A stretch of 64,000 bases of DNA from Candidatus Hydrogenedens sp. (lineage in GTDB: Bacteria; Hydrogenedentota; Hydrogenedentia; Hydrogenedentales; Hydrogenedentaceae): contig JBMFRC010000004.1 in the NCBI GenBank assembly GCA_049968235.1, forward strand, positions 1 through 64,000. The letters are read 5' to 3'. The notes beneath the pieces are model-generated. The model was not told the DNA's origin and ran no database searches. It saw only the letters and a program-made list of their open reading frames with translations. How positions within the stretch are numbered: the stretch's first letter is position 1; every line of letters begins with the position of its first letter. The position numbers and the translations under genes are program-made. Shown here one piece after another: positions 38,540-48,756 of this stretch.

Positions 38540-39670
38540 TCAAAGTATTTTTTGAGATATTATATTTATACTTCTTATTTCATTGAATAAGTCTTTTACC
38601 GTGCATATCACATTTACACCTGCTTGAGAATTTAACAGTTGCGTAATCTGGTCTGGATTCAAGGACTTAATATTCCATTCATTTATTTTTATAAGGGTTT
38701 CACCCCCTCTCAGATTCTCCAACCATGCAGAAGAGTTTTTTACGACGCCAATGACCCAACCCTCTTCATCGAGATAATCGAGCACGATACCTGTTCCTGT
38801 CCATTCCTTCACATCAGAAATATTCGTTTTTAAGAAACATATTTTTGATTCCTCATAGTTCATTTTGAGGACAAATTGTTTCCAGAAAGAAGTTCCTAAA
38901 GAAATTTCTTTTTCACCTGGAACTGAGATGGAAAGAAGATTCTGAAACTTTTGATTACCTAACCGTAATGTTTTTAATCGGAAATATTGAATTACCTTCT
39001 TATTACGGAAGTGAACAAATTTACTATCTCCTGTTATTAAAAACCTTTCATTTACAAAACTCATAGGAAAAATTACATATTCGTTCCTCACAAAATCAAT
39101 ATTAGCGACAACAACAATCTTATCATTGAGAGTAACTGGGATTTGTGGTATTGTACTTTCAGAAGAAAAAAATATTTTTTCACAGGCAATATCTTTTGTC
39201 TTAACTTTCTCTTCTATGGATATTAATTGCCATACAAGTTTCCCTTTCCCGAAATCTATATATATTTCAAAACCGGGATAATAAATAGGTAGTATTCCTT
39301 TTATAGGTACTCCAACTTTCCGTGATATATCTGATAAATCCGATAATATAATTTTTCCCTGATATTTGGGGATAAATGGTATATTACAATCAAATTCTTT
39401 TAAGGTGACATTTTTGTATTTCTGATATTTTTCTAAATTTGTATCATTTCTTTTTTCTAATATAGGGACAGAAATCCCCGCATCTAACAGATATAATGAT
39501 TGTGGATAATTATCGTTTGCATTGATAAGAATTGCCCCTCGCTGGATAGAAAAAGAGGCTTGAATTTGGTTGCCCTCCATAGAAAAGCAAGTAAAACATA
39601 ATAAAGTTCCAGTATAAATAAGAAAAGAGATTATGACTATATAGAGATATACCTTATTCCTAATCAGCAC
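38540..39670 (-). CDS. Membrane-anchored hypothetical protein with a C-terminal PDZ-like domain, possibly a retropepsin-like protease.
   Basis: 376 aa with an N-terminal TM. LLDAGISVPIL is a weak resemblance to a D(T/S)G aspartyl-protease motif. The C-terminal GWVIGVVKNSSAWLENLRGGETLIKINEW is PDZ-like. Confidence 0.35.
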   Translation of the reverse strand: MLIRNKVYLYIVIISFLIYTGTLLCFTCFSMEGNQIQASFSIQRGAILINANDNYPQSLYLLDAGISVPILEKRNDTNLEKYQKYKNVTLKEFDCNIPFIPKYQGKIILSDLSDISRKVGVPIKGILPIYYPGFEIYIDFGKGKLVWQLISIEEKVKTKDIACEKIFFSSESTIPQIPVTLNDKIVVVANIDFVRNEYVIFPMSFVNERFLITGDSKFVHFRNKKVIQYFRLKTLRLGNQKFQNLLSISVPGEKEISLGTSFWKQFVLKMNYEESKICFLKTNISDVKEWTGTGIVLDYLDEEGWVIGVVKNSSAWLENLRGGETLIKINEWNIKSLNPDQITQLLNSQAGVNVICTVKDLFNEIRSINIISQKIL

Positions 39671-39673
39671 AAA

Positions 39674-40411
39674 CTAATTTTTCCTTGTCATTATAGTTTC
39701 TATCCATAGTTTTATTTGTTCCTTTACATGGGCAAATGATTCTAATAAAATAAAATTCGTATCGTCTGTCGGATAGGTCCTCATCTCACAAAAGGAATGG
39801 TTTTTCTCGTATAACTGCAAGGAAAAATTATATGAGTTTTTATCATTTTCTCCCACAGATATAAATGTTGGGATATTGAGTAGATTGTTTTTTATTATAT
39901 CATAATTGTTGGGGTCACAATAGGGAGAAAGAAGAACAAGCCCTTCAATACAATCGGATTGTACTTCTTTGCACAGAGAGAAACATCCTAATTTGCCGGG
40001 TAAAAGAACAAATTTTTTGTCCTGAGGGAGGGCATTATTTAGAAAATTACAAATGGAATTTATATCACTGTTCGTATTGGGAGAACTTATATAACTATGA
40101 AATATAGATAGCCAATCTGCTACTAAAAATACAAGTTTATATTCATTGCTAACAAAGTCATTTAATACTGATTTTATTTTTTCAATATCTTCATCTTCTT
40201 CTACAAAGACAATAATAGCAATCTTTTTCTCTATTTCATTAGCAGAATTATGTGATATGTTTTGTAAGAAAACTGTATTTGAATTAATTGAAAAGGTATG
40301 TTCCGCAACGGGCGGAGGGATATTCTTTTTACACTGACAAAGAAACAACGGAAATACGATAAAAAGGGTTATAAAAAAGAGAACGATAGTTATTTTCTTT
40401 TTTAAGTTCAT
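39674..40411 (-). CDS. Lipoprotein-like hypothetical protein, possibly an alpha/beta-hydrolase fold.
   Basis: 245 aa. The signal sequence with Cys reads ...FPLFLCQC. It lies 3 nt upstream of the PDZ protein gene on the same strand, so likely co-transcribed. Confidence 0.35.
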   Translation of the reverse strand: MNLKKKITIVLFFITLFIVFPLFLCQCKKNIPPPVAEHTFSINSNTVFLQNISHNSANEIEKKIAIIVFVEEDEDIEKIKSVLNDFVSNEYKLVFLVADWLSIFHSYISSPNTNSDINSICNFLNNALPQDKKFVLLPGKLGCFSLCKEVQSDCIEGLVLLSPYCDPNNYDIIKNNLLNIPTFISVGENDKNSYNFSLQLYEKNHSFCEMRTYPTDDTNFILLESFAHVKEQIKLWIETIMTRKN

Positions 40412-40421
40412 AGAAAAGCGA

Positions 40422-40453
40422 GCAGGGAATACTTAACGGTAAGTATTCCCTGC
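40422..40453 (-). terminator. Hairpin downstream of the SCP2 gene, a possible intrinsic terminator or attenuator.
   Basis: GCAGGGAATACTT-(AACGGT)-AAGTATTCCCTGC is a 13-bp perfect stem. On the minus strand it is followed by UCGCUUUUCUA. Confidence 0.35.
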
Positions 40454-40462
40454 AAAATAAAA

Positions 40463-40786
40463 TTAACCCAGATTAAAGACAGACTGTAATTTCAACGCGA
40501 GTGTCATATCGCCCTGAATCTTGAGTTTGCCTGTCAGAAATGCAGTTTGACCGTTTAATTTTCCGGCAACCAGGTCAAGGAAATCACTGGCAGAAATTGT
40601 CAATGTAATATTGGATTTTTCTGCTTTTCCCTGGGTAACGGAAATTTGTTCATTAGCAACGGCAACTGCCCATTCTCCCCCATCATCCCCGGTGATGACG
40701 AACTGATAAGTTACATTCATCCCTTTAATTTTAGCGGGGTCAACTTTGGATGATAGTTGATTGAAGAATTCGGCTACTTGGGACAT
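40463..40786 (-). CDS. SCP2 sterol-carrier-like domain protein.
   Basis: 107 aa. FLTGKLKIQGDMTLALKLQSVF is the SCP-2 C-terminal signature. Confidence 0.7.
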   Translation of the reverse strand: MSQVAEFFNQLSSKVDPAKIKGMNVTYQFVITGDDGGEWAVAVANEQISVTQGKAEKSNITLTISASDFLDLVAGKLNGQTAFLTGKLKIQGDMTLALKLQSVFNLG

Positions 40787-40967
40787 ACGAATAACCTCCC
40801 TCGATAAAGGTTAATATTTCTCTGTAAGCCCATGCTTACAGAATTTCATTGTCTTTAATGTAAAACATATTCTTATTCAATTTCAAACTGGTATATTTTT
40901 CATTTTAACCTATGCTTTTGATAACATAGAATAATGTATAATTTTCTGATAATACAGGGTAAAGGAT

Positions 40968-43700
40968 ATGTCCATACAAATTGTTTCGTCAGAAGAAGAG
41001 ATACGACATCCTCTGGATGCTTTTTTTATGCCACGAGCAGTTGCCGTTATTGGAGCAACAGATAAGATAGATAGTGTCGGCAGAACGGTACTATGGAATT
41101 TAATGAGTAGTCCTTTTGGAGGTACCGTTTATGCTGTAAATCCAAATCGACATCAAGTTCTCGGAATGTTAGCCTATCCGAATATTAAGTCTATTCCGGA
41201 GCCAATTGACCTGGCGGTAATTATAACCCCTGCTCCGACAGTCCCTTACATTATTCAAGAATGTATCGATTCTTCAGTAAAAGGTTGTATTATCATATCT
41301 GCAGGATTTAGTGAAACAGGGGAAGCAGGTAAAGCCTTAGAAGAAGAGATAAAAAAACTTATTTATCCTAATAAAATACGGGTTGTTGGACCTAATAGTT
41401 TGGGAATTATGAATCCCATTGTTGGTTTAAATTCAGCATTTGCACCGCATATCGCCGAAAAAGGGACCGTAGGTTTTATTACTCAAAGTGGTGCTGTTGG
41501 AGCGGCTATTCTGGATTGGAGTTTTCATGTAAAGGTTGGATTTAGCAAATTTGTCTCTTTCGGAACGATGGTAGATGTAAATTGGGCAGATTTAATTTAT
41601 TATTTAGGAGACGACCCTTTCACAAAAAGTATCGTAATTTATATGCAGGCTTTAGGGGATGTTCGTTCTTTTTTATCTTCAGCAAGGGAGGTGGCGTTAC
41701 ATAAACCGATTATTTTATTAAAGGGAGGTAGAACGGAATTAGGAGCGAAATTAGCACGAAATACACCTTATTATATCGGTGGAGAGTTATGCAGTGATGA
41801 GGTATTTTCCGCTGCATTAAAGCGTTGCGGTGTGCTTCGTGTTGATAATATTCAGCAATTATTTGACATGGCTATTGTTTTAGGGAAACAACCACGTCCT
41901 AAGGGTAATCGTCTTGCAATAATTAGCAATGCAGCTGGACCCAGTATTCTTGCCACAGATGCACTTGTGGCAGAGGGAGGAATGATAGCCACTCTTAATT
42001 CGAAAACAATTAATGAACTCAATGAAATTTTACCTCCCTATTGGAACCATGATAACCCAGTAGATTTGTTAGCCAACGCAGACCCCAAAAGATATGCCCA
42101 ATCTGCGGAGGTCGTTCTAAAAGATGAAGGAACGGATGGTCTTCTTGTAATACTCACTCCTCAGGTAATGACGAAACCATTGGAAACGGCTGAAGAATTA
42201 ATAAAAGTAAAAAATCCTTACAAAAAACCTATCCTTGCGAGCTGGATGGGAGGTTATAAAGTGGAAGAGGGGCAACAATTGTTAAATAATTCGGGGATAC
42301 CTACATTAGATTATCCCGATATTGCAGCGCGGGTCTTTCAATCCATGTGGCACTATTCATATCAATTAAAGGGATTATATGAAACTCCCAGTGCCCACGA
42401 GGAAACCAGTGAATATTACTCTCAGAAGTTACTGGCTAAAACAACGATTGAATATGCTGTAAGACAGGGACAGGTAATGTTAACTCCTTCTGCTACAAAA
42501 GATGTTTTATCCGCTTACGGTATTAATCTCATAGAAACGCACATTGCTCATGATGAAACTGAGGCGGTGCATATAGCTAAAAATATTGGGTATCCTGTTG
42601 TTCTCCGTCGTGTCCTTTTAAGTGGGAAAATATCTGCAGACCCTGGAGGTGTTCTATTAAATCTCCATGATGAAAGTGCTGTTCGAAAAGCATACCGCGC
42701 TTTACTTGATTTTGTAACAGAAGGAACTAATGCCTGTGCCTTTCCGGGTATTGCTGTTCAGCCTTTAGTTCCGCGTGATGGAATTGAGATTTGTATTGGA
42801 AGCAATATAGACCCCTTATTTGGACCGTATATATATTTTGGCTCTGGGGGAAAGATGTCATATATCTTTGAGGACCGTGCAACCGGATTACCCCCATTAA
42901 ATACGACATTAGCCCGTAGAATGATTGAGGATACTGATATTTATAAAGCACTCAAAGCAGGCAAAATATGCAAAGGATTTAATGTTGAGGAATTGGAACA
43001 TTTGCTTGTTCAGATAAGTTATATGATATGTGAACAACGATTAATTCAGGGATTGGAAATAAATCCCATTGTAATATCTCCAAAAAGAATTGTAGCGTTA
43101 AACGCCTCCATTTTACTTTACCCATTGGAAACACCTATGGAGGCATTTCCCAAATTAGCCATTCGTCCCTATCCCAATGAATATACATATAATTGGATAT
43201 CGAAAAAAGGGAATGAAATCATTCTTAGACCTATTCGTCCTGAGGATGAAAGTCTAATGATTCGTTTTCATGAAACTTTAAGCGATAACACTGTTTATTT
43301 CCGCTATTTTCAATTGCAACCTTTACATGTACGGACCCAACATGAACGATTAACAGAAATTTGCTTTGTAGATTACGACCGTAGTATTGCTCTTGTAGCG
43401 ATAGAGAAGAATAAAACAACAGGAGAAAGTTCTATTTTAGGTGTGGGTAGGATTGTAAAAATACATGGCACGCAGGATGCTGAATTTGCGTTAATGATAA
43501 GTGACCTTTATCAAGGACATGGATTGGGAACGGAAATGTTACGACGTCTCATACAAATCTCCAAAACAGAAGGTGTAAAAAGACTTTATGGCACAATATT
43601 ACCTGAAAATAGATCCATGCTACGAGTATGTGCCAAATTGGGTTTTGCGTTAAAGAAACCTTCCGGGCAGGAAGTAATCGCTGAACTTTTTCTGAATTAA
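40968..43700 (+). CDS. Pat/PatZ-like protein lysine acetyltransferase. It is a fusion of NDP-forming acyl-CoA synthetase-like domains with a C-terminal GNAT domain.
   Basis: 910 aa. The CoA-binding N-terminus reads [11 protein letters not shown]. The succinyl-CoA-synthetase-like and ATP-grasp parts read [14 protein letters not shown]. The C-terminal 170 aa are GNAT ([16 protein letters not shown]). Confidence 0.75.
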   Translation: MSIQIVSSEEEIRHPLDAFFMPRAVAVIGATDKIDSVGRTVLWNLMSSPFGGTVYAVNPNRHQVLGMLAYPNIKSIPEPIDLAVIITPAPTVPYIIQECIDSSVKGCIIISAGFSETGEAGKALEEEIKKLIYPNKIRVVGPNSLGIMNPIVGLNSAFAPHIAEKGTVGFITQSGAVGAAILDWSFHVKVGFSKFVSFGTMVDVNWADLIYYLGDDPFTKSIVIYMQALGDVRSFLSSAREVALHKPIILLKGGRTELGAKLARNTPYYIGGELCSDEVFSAALKRCGVLRVDNIQQLFDMAIVLGKQPRPKGNRLAIISNAAGPSILATDALVAEGGMIATLNSKTINELNEILPPYWNHDNPVDLLANADPKRYAQSAEVVLKDEGTDGLLVILTPQVMTKPLETAEELIKVKNPYKKPILASWMGGYKVEEGQQLLNNSGIPTLDYPDIAARVFQSMWHYSYQLKGLYETPSAHEETSEYYSQKLLAKTTIEYAVRQGQVMLTPSATKDVLSAYGINLIETHIAHDETEAVHIAKNIGYPVVLRRVLLSGKISADPGGVLLNLHDESAVRKAYRALLDFVTEGTNACAFPGIAVQPLVPRDGIEICIGSNIDPLFGPYIYFGSGGKMSYIFEDRATGLPPLNTTLARRMIEDTDIYKALKAGKICKGFNVEELEHLLVQISYMICEQRLIQGLEINPIVISPKRIVALNASILLYPLETPMEAFPKLAIRPYPNEYTYNWISKKGNEIILRPIRPEDESLMIRFHETLSDNTVYFRYFQLQPLHVRTQHERLTEICFVDYDRSIALVAIEKNKTTGESSILGVGRIVKIHGTQDAEFALMISDLYQGHGLGTEMLRRLIQISKTEGVKRLYGTILPENRSMLRVCAKLGFALKKPSGQEVIAELFLN

Positions 43701-43729
43701 TTGGAATTTAATTCTTCCTTTATATTCCC

Positions 43730-44548
43730 CTATTTTTTCTTTTGCAGAAATCTTTTAAATTCTATAGTAAAAGTAAAACTATCAAAATCTTCTCGAAGTC
43801 TTGCAAATTTTGAATATCCAAGAGAAACTACAAATTCATCTTTTTTATTGATAGGTATTTCAAAACCGATATTAGTATCCAGACTGACTGTATTCCACTC
43901 GTCAGACAGATTTAAATCTACAAGATATAAAAGGGGAAGAAATTTCACTTTTACCTTTGCATCGTAGGTAGCATAGGTATAGGTGGCAGATGCAGAGAGA
44001 TATGGACGGGTCGCTTTTATTCGTTCTTTCCAACTTTCAAAATCCTTATGGATTGGGCTACCCCACGGAGAGAAATGGATTCCTATCCCAAAATAAAAAG
44101 CCATTCGCTTTATCTCAAAATCTGTGTGCAAAGGCATTAAGAGGATAGAGGGATGGGTTTGTTTTGTCCTAATTTTTCCGCCTTCTCCTCCTCCCTGTGC
44201 AGTAATAGACCATTTTGAATTAATCTGGTATCCAATTCCTGCGTGAGGAGCCCAAATTAAATGGTTATCCCGGAAATCGCTGACTGTTTTTACGGGTTCC
44301 TGGTCGGGAGCCAAAAAAACCATAATGGGGTCAAACAATTCCTTAACGGGTTTCTCACTTTCCATTTTGGGATATGGATTTACAAGACTGATAAACCAGA
44401 ACCATTTACTGTTTTCATTTTCACATGGTTCCAACGATATTGCTTTTGAGTTTTCTTGGACGCCGGATGTGTTATTTTTTAATAAATCCGCCTGAGATAC
44501 AAAAGAAATTATCATTCCTGCACATATAAGAAAGAAATTTATCCTCAT
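43730..44548 (-). CDS. Putative outer-membrane beta-barrel protein.
   Basis: 272 aa. The signal peptide reads MRINFFLICAGMIISFVSQA. Amphipathic beta-strands alternate along the sequence. Aromatic residues are present near the C-terminus. Confidence 0.4.
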   Translation of the reverse strand: MRINFFLICAGMIISFVSQADLLKNNTSGVQENSKAISLEPCENENSKWFWFISLVNPYPKMESEKPVKELFDPIMVFLAPDQEPVKTVSDFRDNHLIWAPHAGIGYQINSKWSITAQGGGEGGKIRTKQTHPSILLMPLHTDFEIKRMAFYFGIGIHFSPWGSPIHKDFESWKERIKATRPYLSASATYTYATYDAKVKVKFLPLLYLVDLNLSDEWNTVSLDTNIGFEIPINKKDEFVVSLGYSKFARLREDFDSFTFTIEFKRFLQKKK

Positions 44549-44563
44549 TATTGATACTACTTC

Positions 44564-46618
44564 TTAGAAAGTTGGGGGGGGTTCCTTTATAATTTGTATT
44601 TTTTCACTATCAAGTTCAGAAACAAGTTGAGGTATATCATACCATTTCAGTACTCCGTGTACAGCATTGGTTATCTGCCCTTGAATACGGGGATTTTCTA
44701 TTATATCACCCCATGAAATCAAACCTTTTAGATGTAATTCAATTTTTTGTGGTAACAATAAAAACGCTGTATGTAAAGCGGGTATACAAAGGATACCTTC
44801 CGCATCTATTGCTATATCCACATTATCCCCATATTTATTTTTTAAATACTTAATCACAGAAAAATAATCATATACTCTCATTCCTACAAAAGACTTACCT
44901 ATTAAATAAGCACGAAAATAATCTTCCCAGCCTGGACCTACCGTGTTTGTAATATCATTTTTACTGGAGAGAGGTAATGTTTCTCCTGTTCCTCTTATAT
45001 CTACTACACATACTGAAATATTATTCTTCAAATAATCCTTAATCACATGAATATCTTTATTTTTATCATCGGGATGGGTATATACAACCACTTTTGGAAC
45101 TGATTCTTTGGCTTCAAATAAATAACCGGGGAGGAAAATACCACCTTCCGGATTTATAACAATAGAGGTAATAGATTTCGCTTCGGGGTAAGATTTTGCG
45201 TCTATTTGTTCCAACTGACTAACTTTTGGTTCGGAAACATTTTCCCAACTATCAACATTGATAAGTTCTCTAACTTTTGATTGTTTTTGTTCTAAAGTTA
45301 ACGAAGCCCATGTAGTATCTCGTTTTTGGGCTAAAACCTTTGCTTTATCACGATTTATATCAATAATAGTTTTTGAACCGGGAATTTCTTTAATATTTCC
45401 CCCATTGCATACTTGATATTCTTCTTTAGTTAGTAATTCACTCTCATCAATCTGCTCTTCAATCTCTTTTGTTAGCCCATTTAGCCATAAGAGCATTCTT
45501 TCCACAATTTCTTCTCGTAATGATTTTCCCAGTCCATGTTGAGTATCCACCTCAATCAAATCACACATGTGATTCACTCCTAATTTTGCATACAGCCTTT
45601 TCGCTAAACGGAAAGTAGCCCATGTGCCTGTAATATCGAAAAAATCTTTTGTAGCGGAACAGATTAAAACAGGATTGGGAGCATGCATAAAAAGATATTC
45701 CGAATGGTCATATCCATGTTTTATTTGAGAGAAGATATTCTGTTCTGCATCCTGAGGTCCGATAGTGTTCAATAATCTTTCCCATGAAGTTAAATAACAG
45801 GAAGGAGCAGAAGCATAAATTCGTGGTTCTAATGCCATCAAATATGCCGTTTGTGTGCCTCCCCCCGAATTTCCGGAACAACCTATTTTATCTTTTTGAA
45901 TTTCTTCTCGGGTTTCAATATAATCAATTGCTCTTATTCCATCCCATATTTCATATTGGGCATAATTTTCACCTAATAAGATACAACCTAACCCCAATAT
46001 AGTATGTTCCGCAGTTCCCCAGACATCCGGAGAACCGTCTTCTTTTAAAAAGGTAATTCGTTCTCCCTGCCCGGGTGGGTCGTATATAAGCGATGCAATA
46101 CCATTCTTTGATAATAAAATACATAGTTTTTGATATTCCGAATAGCCTTTGGCTTGCTGGGAATGACCACAGGGCACAATTACACAAGGATATGGGGGTT
46201 GAGATAAAGGCAAAAATAAAACAGCAGACACATAAAAATTGGGCTGACTCTCAAAATATAATACTTCATATTTATACGCAGATTTAGTTCCTTTACGAAC
46301 AATGACGGGATTTAATGGAGTAGAATTGGGTTTACCACCTAATAATGACCAGTATAATTCTCTTCTCTCATTTTTATATGTCTCTATATTTTCTTTTTCT
46401 GGAAATCTATTTGGATTTTCTTCAAATGACTTTAAGTATGCTACTGCATGTGTATTCAAATATTCCCTCATCATATCCTGAACTTTGAGGGGAAGATTTG
46501 CTTTCTGTAGTATGTTTTCATCAAATAAATCTGCAACGGATAAATTTCCTATTATAACAAGAAGTAGCAATAATATGCCTCGAGATCTTATATTTTTCAT
46601 TTTACCTTCCTCGAACAT
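44564..46618 (-). CDS. Secreted alpha/beta-hydrolase of the acetyl-xylan-esterase / dienelactone-hydrolase type.
   Basis: 684 aa with a signal peptide. The nucleophile elbow reads GCSGNSGGG (GxSxG). A second hydrolase-like C-terminal half is present. Confidence 0.55.
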   Translation of the reverse strand: MFEEGKMKNIRSRGILLLLLVIIGNLSVADLFDENILQKANLPLKVQDMMREYLNTHAVAYLKSFEENPNRFPEKENIETYKNERRELYWSLLGGKPNSTPLNPVIVRKGTKSAYKYEVLYFESQPNFYVSAVLFLPLSQPPYPCVIVPCGHSQQAKGYSEYQKLCILLSKNGIASLIYDPPGQGERITFLKEDGSPDVWGTAEHTILGLGCILLGENYAQYEIWDGIRAIDYIETREEIQKDKIGCSGNSGGGTQTAYLMALEPRIYASAPSCYLTSWERLLNTIGPQDAEQNIFSQIKHGYDHSEYLFMHAPNPVLICSATKDFFDITGTWATFRLAKRLYAKLGVNHMCDLIEVDTQHGLGKSLREEIVERMLLWLNGLTKEIEEQIDESELLTKEEYQVCNGGNIKEIPGSKTIIDINRDKAKVLAQKRDTTWASLTLEQKQSKVRELINVDSWENVSEPKVSQLEQIDAKSYPEAKSITSIVINPEGGIFLPGYLFEAKESVPKVVVYTHPDDKNKDIHVIKDYLKNNISVCVVDIRGTGETLPLSSKNDITNTVGPGWEDYFRAYLIGKSFVGMRVYDYFSVIKYLKNKYGDNVDIAIDAEGILCIPALHTAFLLLPQKIELHLKGLISWGDIIENPRIQGQITNAVHGVLKWYDIPQLVSELDSEKIQIIKEPPPTF

Positions 46619-46710
46619 GATTAAATTAATACATTAAAAATACATTAAAATTTTGTGAATTAAATATAATATATAAACATAAAAAAAAACAAAAGAAAAG
46701 GTATATATCG

Positions 46711-47235
46711 ATGCCTATTCATTTTTTTGAACCGTTTCCGTGGCGATTTTGTGCCATTTGTGGAGAAACACTTATTCTTGAAAATGACGGTGAAAAATCG
46801 CGTCCATTTTGCAAAAATTGCCAGAGATATTATTATCATAATCCAACACCTGCAACCTGCTGTTTTGTAACAAATACAGGTAAGGACCTTTTATTAACCC
46901 GTAGGGCTATTCACCCTGCTTTTGGAGAATGGACACTCCCCGGAGGGTATATGGAATTAGGTGAAACAACAGAAGAATCGGCGGCAAGGGAATTATGGGA
47001 GGAGACTGGCATCGTGGCTGAGCAGTTAAAATTGTTAGGCATATCCGCACAACCCAGTAAATTAACAGGAACTATTTTAGTTTTGGGTTTCATTGTAGAG
47101 AAATGGAATGGGATAATTCAGGCAGGTAGTGATGTCTCTGAGGCAGAATTTTTTCAGTATGACCATCTTCCTCCCCTTGCATTTACAGCACATAAAGAAC
47201 TGCTTCGTCTATACTTCCAGAAAATCAATGGATAA
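46711..47235 (+). CDS. NUDIX hydrolase with an N-terminal zinc ribbon.
   Basis: 174 aa. The zinc ribbon reads CAICGE...CKNCQ. The Nudix box reads GGYMELGETTEESAARELWEETG. Confidence 0.8.
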   Translation: MPIHFFEPFPWRFCAICGETLILENDGEKSRPFCKNCQRYYYHNPTPATCCFVTNTGKDLLLTRRAIHPAFGEWTLPGGYMELGETTEESAARELWEETGIVAEQLKLLGISAQPSKLTGTILVLGFIVEKWNGIIQAGSDVSEAEFFQYDHLPPLAFTAHKELLRLYFQKING

Positions 47236-47240
47236 TTATA

Positions 47241-48662
47241 ATGAAAGAAAAGGAACTTTTACAGATAGGTTATAGTTCAAAAGAATTGCGAGAAACAGCA
47301 ATTCAGGTTTTTAATAAAGCAATAAAAACAGGCTTCTCTAAAAAGGAAGCCAAACGGATGCTCCGGGTGATTATTCGCAATCCTGTTGCTTTTTTGCAAG
47401 ACGATTTATGGAAAGAATTGGCACAAAAACTTGATACCGGAACTTATAATAAGAAATCGTCTATCTATCCGGAAGATTTTGGCGAAAAAGATCATTCAAT
47501 AAAGGCACCTTACAAAATTTGGGGAACAGATATTGACCCGGAATCAATCCAGCAAATGCAAAATGCCTGCTCCTTGCCTGTTTCTATCCGCGGAGCGCTT
47601 ATGCCCGATGCCCATGTTGGATATGGCTTACCTATTGGTGGAGTTCTGGCAACGAACAACGCGGTAATACCTTTTGCGGTAGGGGTTGATATTGCATGCC
47701 GTGTTAAAATCAGTGTTTTTGATTTACCAATTGAAATTATTGATGAGAACCCAACAAGATTAAAGAAAGCCATTGAGCAAGAAACACGATTTGGTGTCGG
47801 TGCAACATTCAAACCCCGACGACAACATCCTGTTATGGATTTGAACTGGAATGTTTCCCCTATTACAAAAGAAAATAAAGACAAAGCATGGGACCAGTTA
47901 GGAACCAGTGGTAGCGGTAATCATTTTGTTGAATTTGGAGTTTTAGAAATAATTACAGATGAACTACCGCTATCTCGAGGTTTTTATCTTGCCTTACTAA
48001 CGCACAGTGGCAGTCGGGGTACTGGAGCATTGGTATGCGAATATTACAGTAAAATTGCACGACAGAAACTTCGGAATCTTCCTCATCAATTACAACATCT
48101 TGCCTGGCTATCCTTAGAAGAACATGCCGGACAGGAATATTGGGAAGCAATGCAATTGATGGGCAAATATGCTCAGGCAAATCATGAGTGTATACATCTG
48201 CATATAGGCAAAAATTTAGGTGTTCCTATTATCTGGACTATAGAAAATCATCATAATTTTGCATGGAAAGAAATTCACGATGGACAAGAGGTTATTGTTC
48301 ATCGTAAAGGAGCGACACCGGCAGAAATAGGACAACTGGGGATTATACCTGGCTCTATGGCAAGTCCTGCATTTATAGTTAAGGGTTTAGGAAATGAGGA
48401 ATCGCTTCGTTCTGCAGCGCATGGAGCAGGAAGGCTTATGAGTAGGTCTCAAGCAAAAAAAACTTTATCATGGAAAAAGGTCGAATACCTTCTTAAAGAA
48501 CGCAAAATAAATGTTATAAGCGCAGGAGTAGATGAGGTGCCCCTTGTATATAAAGATATATATAAAGTTATGCAAGAACAAAAGGACCTTGTTACTCCTT
48601 TAGCGGTATTTCATCCACGCATAGTAAAAATGGCGCCAGCAGGTGAAAAACCTGAAGATTAA
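47241..48662 (+). CDS. rtcB: RNA-splicing ligase RtcB.
   Basis: 473 aa. Metal and GMP-His region motifs are DIACRV, SGSRGTG and NHHNFA. It starts 6 nt after the Nudix stop. Confidence 0.85.
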   Translation: MKEKELLQIGYSSKELRETAIQVFNKAIKTGFSKKEAKRMLRVIIRNPVAFLQDDLWKELAQKLDTGTYNKKSSIYPEDFGEKDHSIKAPYKIWGTDIDPESIQQMQNACSLPVSIRGALMPDAHVGYGLPIGGVLATNNAVIPFAVGVDIACRVKISVFDLPIEIIDENPTRLKKAIEQETRFGVGATFKPRRQHPVMDLNWNVSPITKENKDKAWDQLGTSGSGNHFVEFGVLEIITDELPLSRGFYLALLTHSGSRGTGALVCEYYSKIARQKLRNLPHQLQHLAWLSLEEHAGQEYWEAMQLMGKYAQANHECIHLHIGKNLGVPIIWTIENHHNFAWKEIHDGQEVIVHRKGATPAEIGQLGIIPGSMASPAFIVKGLGNEESLRSAAHGAGRLMSRSQAKKTLSWKKVEYLLKERKINVISAGVDEVPLVYKDIYKVMQEQKDLVTPLAVFHPRIVKMAPAGEKPED

Positions 48663-48756
48663 TTTTACATGTCATTTTATTTTAAAGTAAGAACCACTCA
48701 TTGATACAATTTATCAAATATATATTTCTATACCAGAATATAAAAAGGTGATAAAC

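Noticed and set aside
38186-38590. The 134-aa plus-strand ORF and the 77-aa minus-strand ORF (38270-38503) that overlap the structured-RNA candidate.
   Set aside because: Both are low-complexity and have no RBS. They span a region whose secondary structure and terminator argue for RNA. They are most likely spurious.
48663-48756. A PyrR-binding anti-antiterminator loop in the leader of the pyrR-pyrB fusion.
   Set aside because: Only a weak CCAGA...AGGUG resemblance to the ARUCCAGAGAGGYU consensus is present. No terminator or antiterminator pair is evident.
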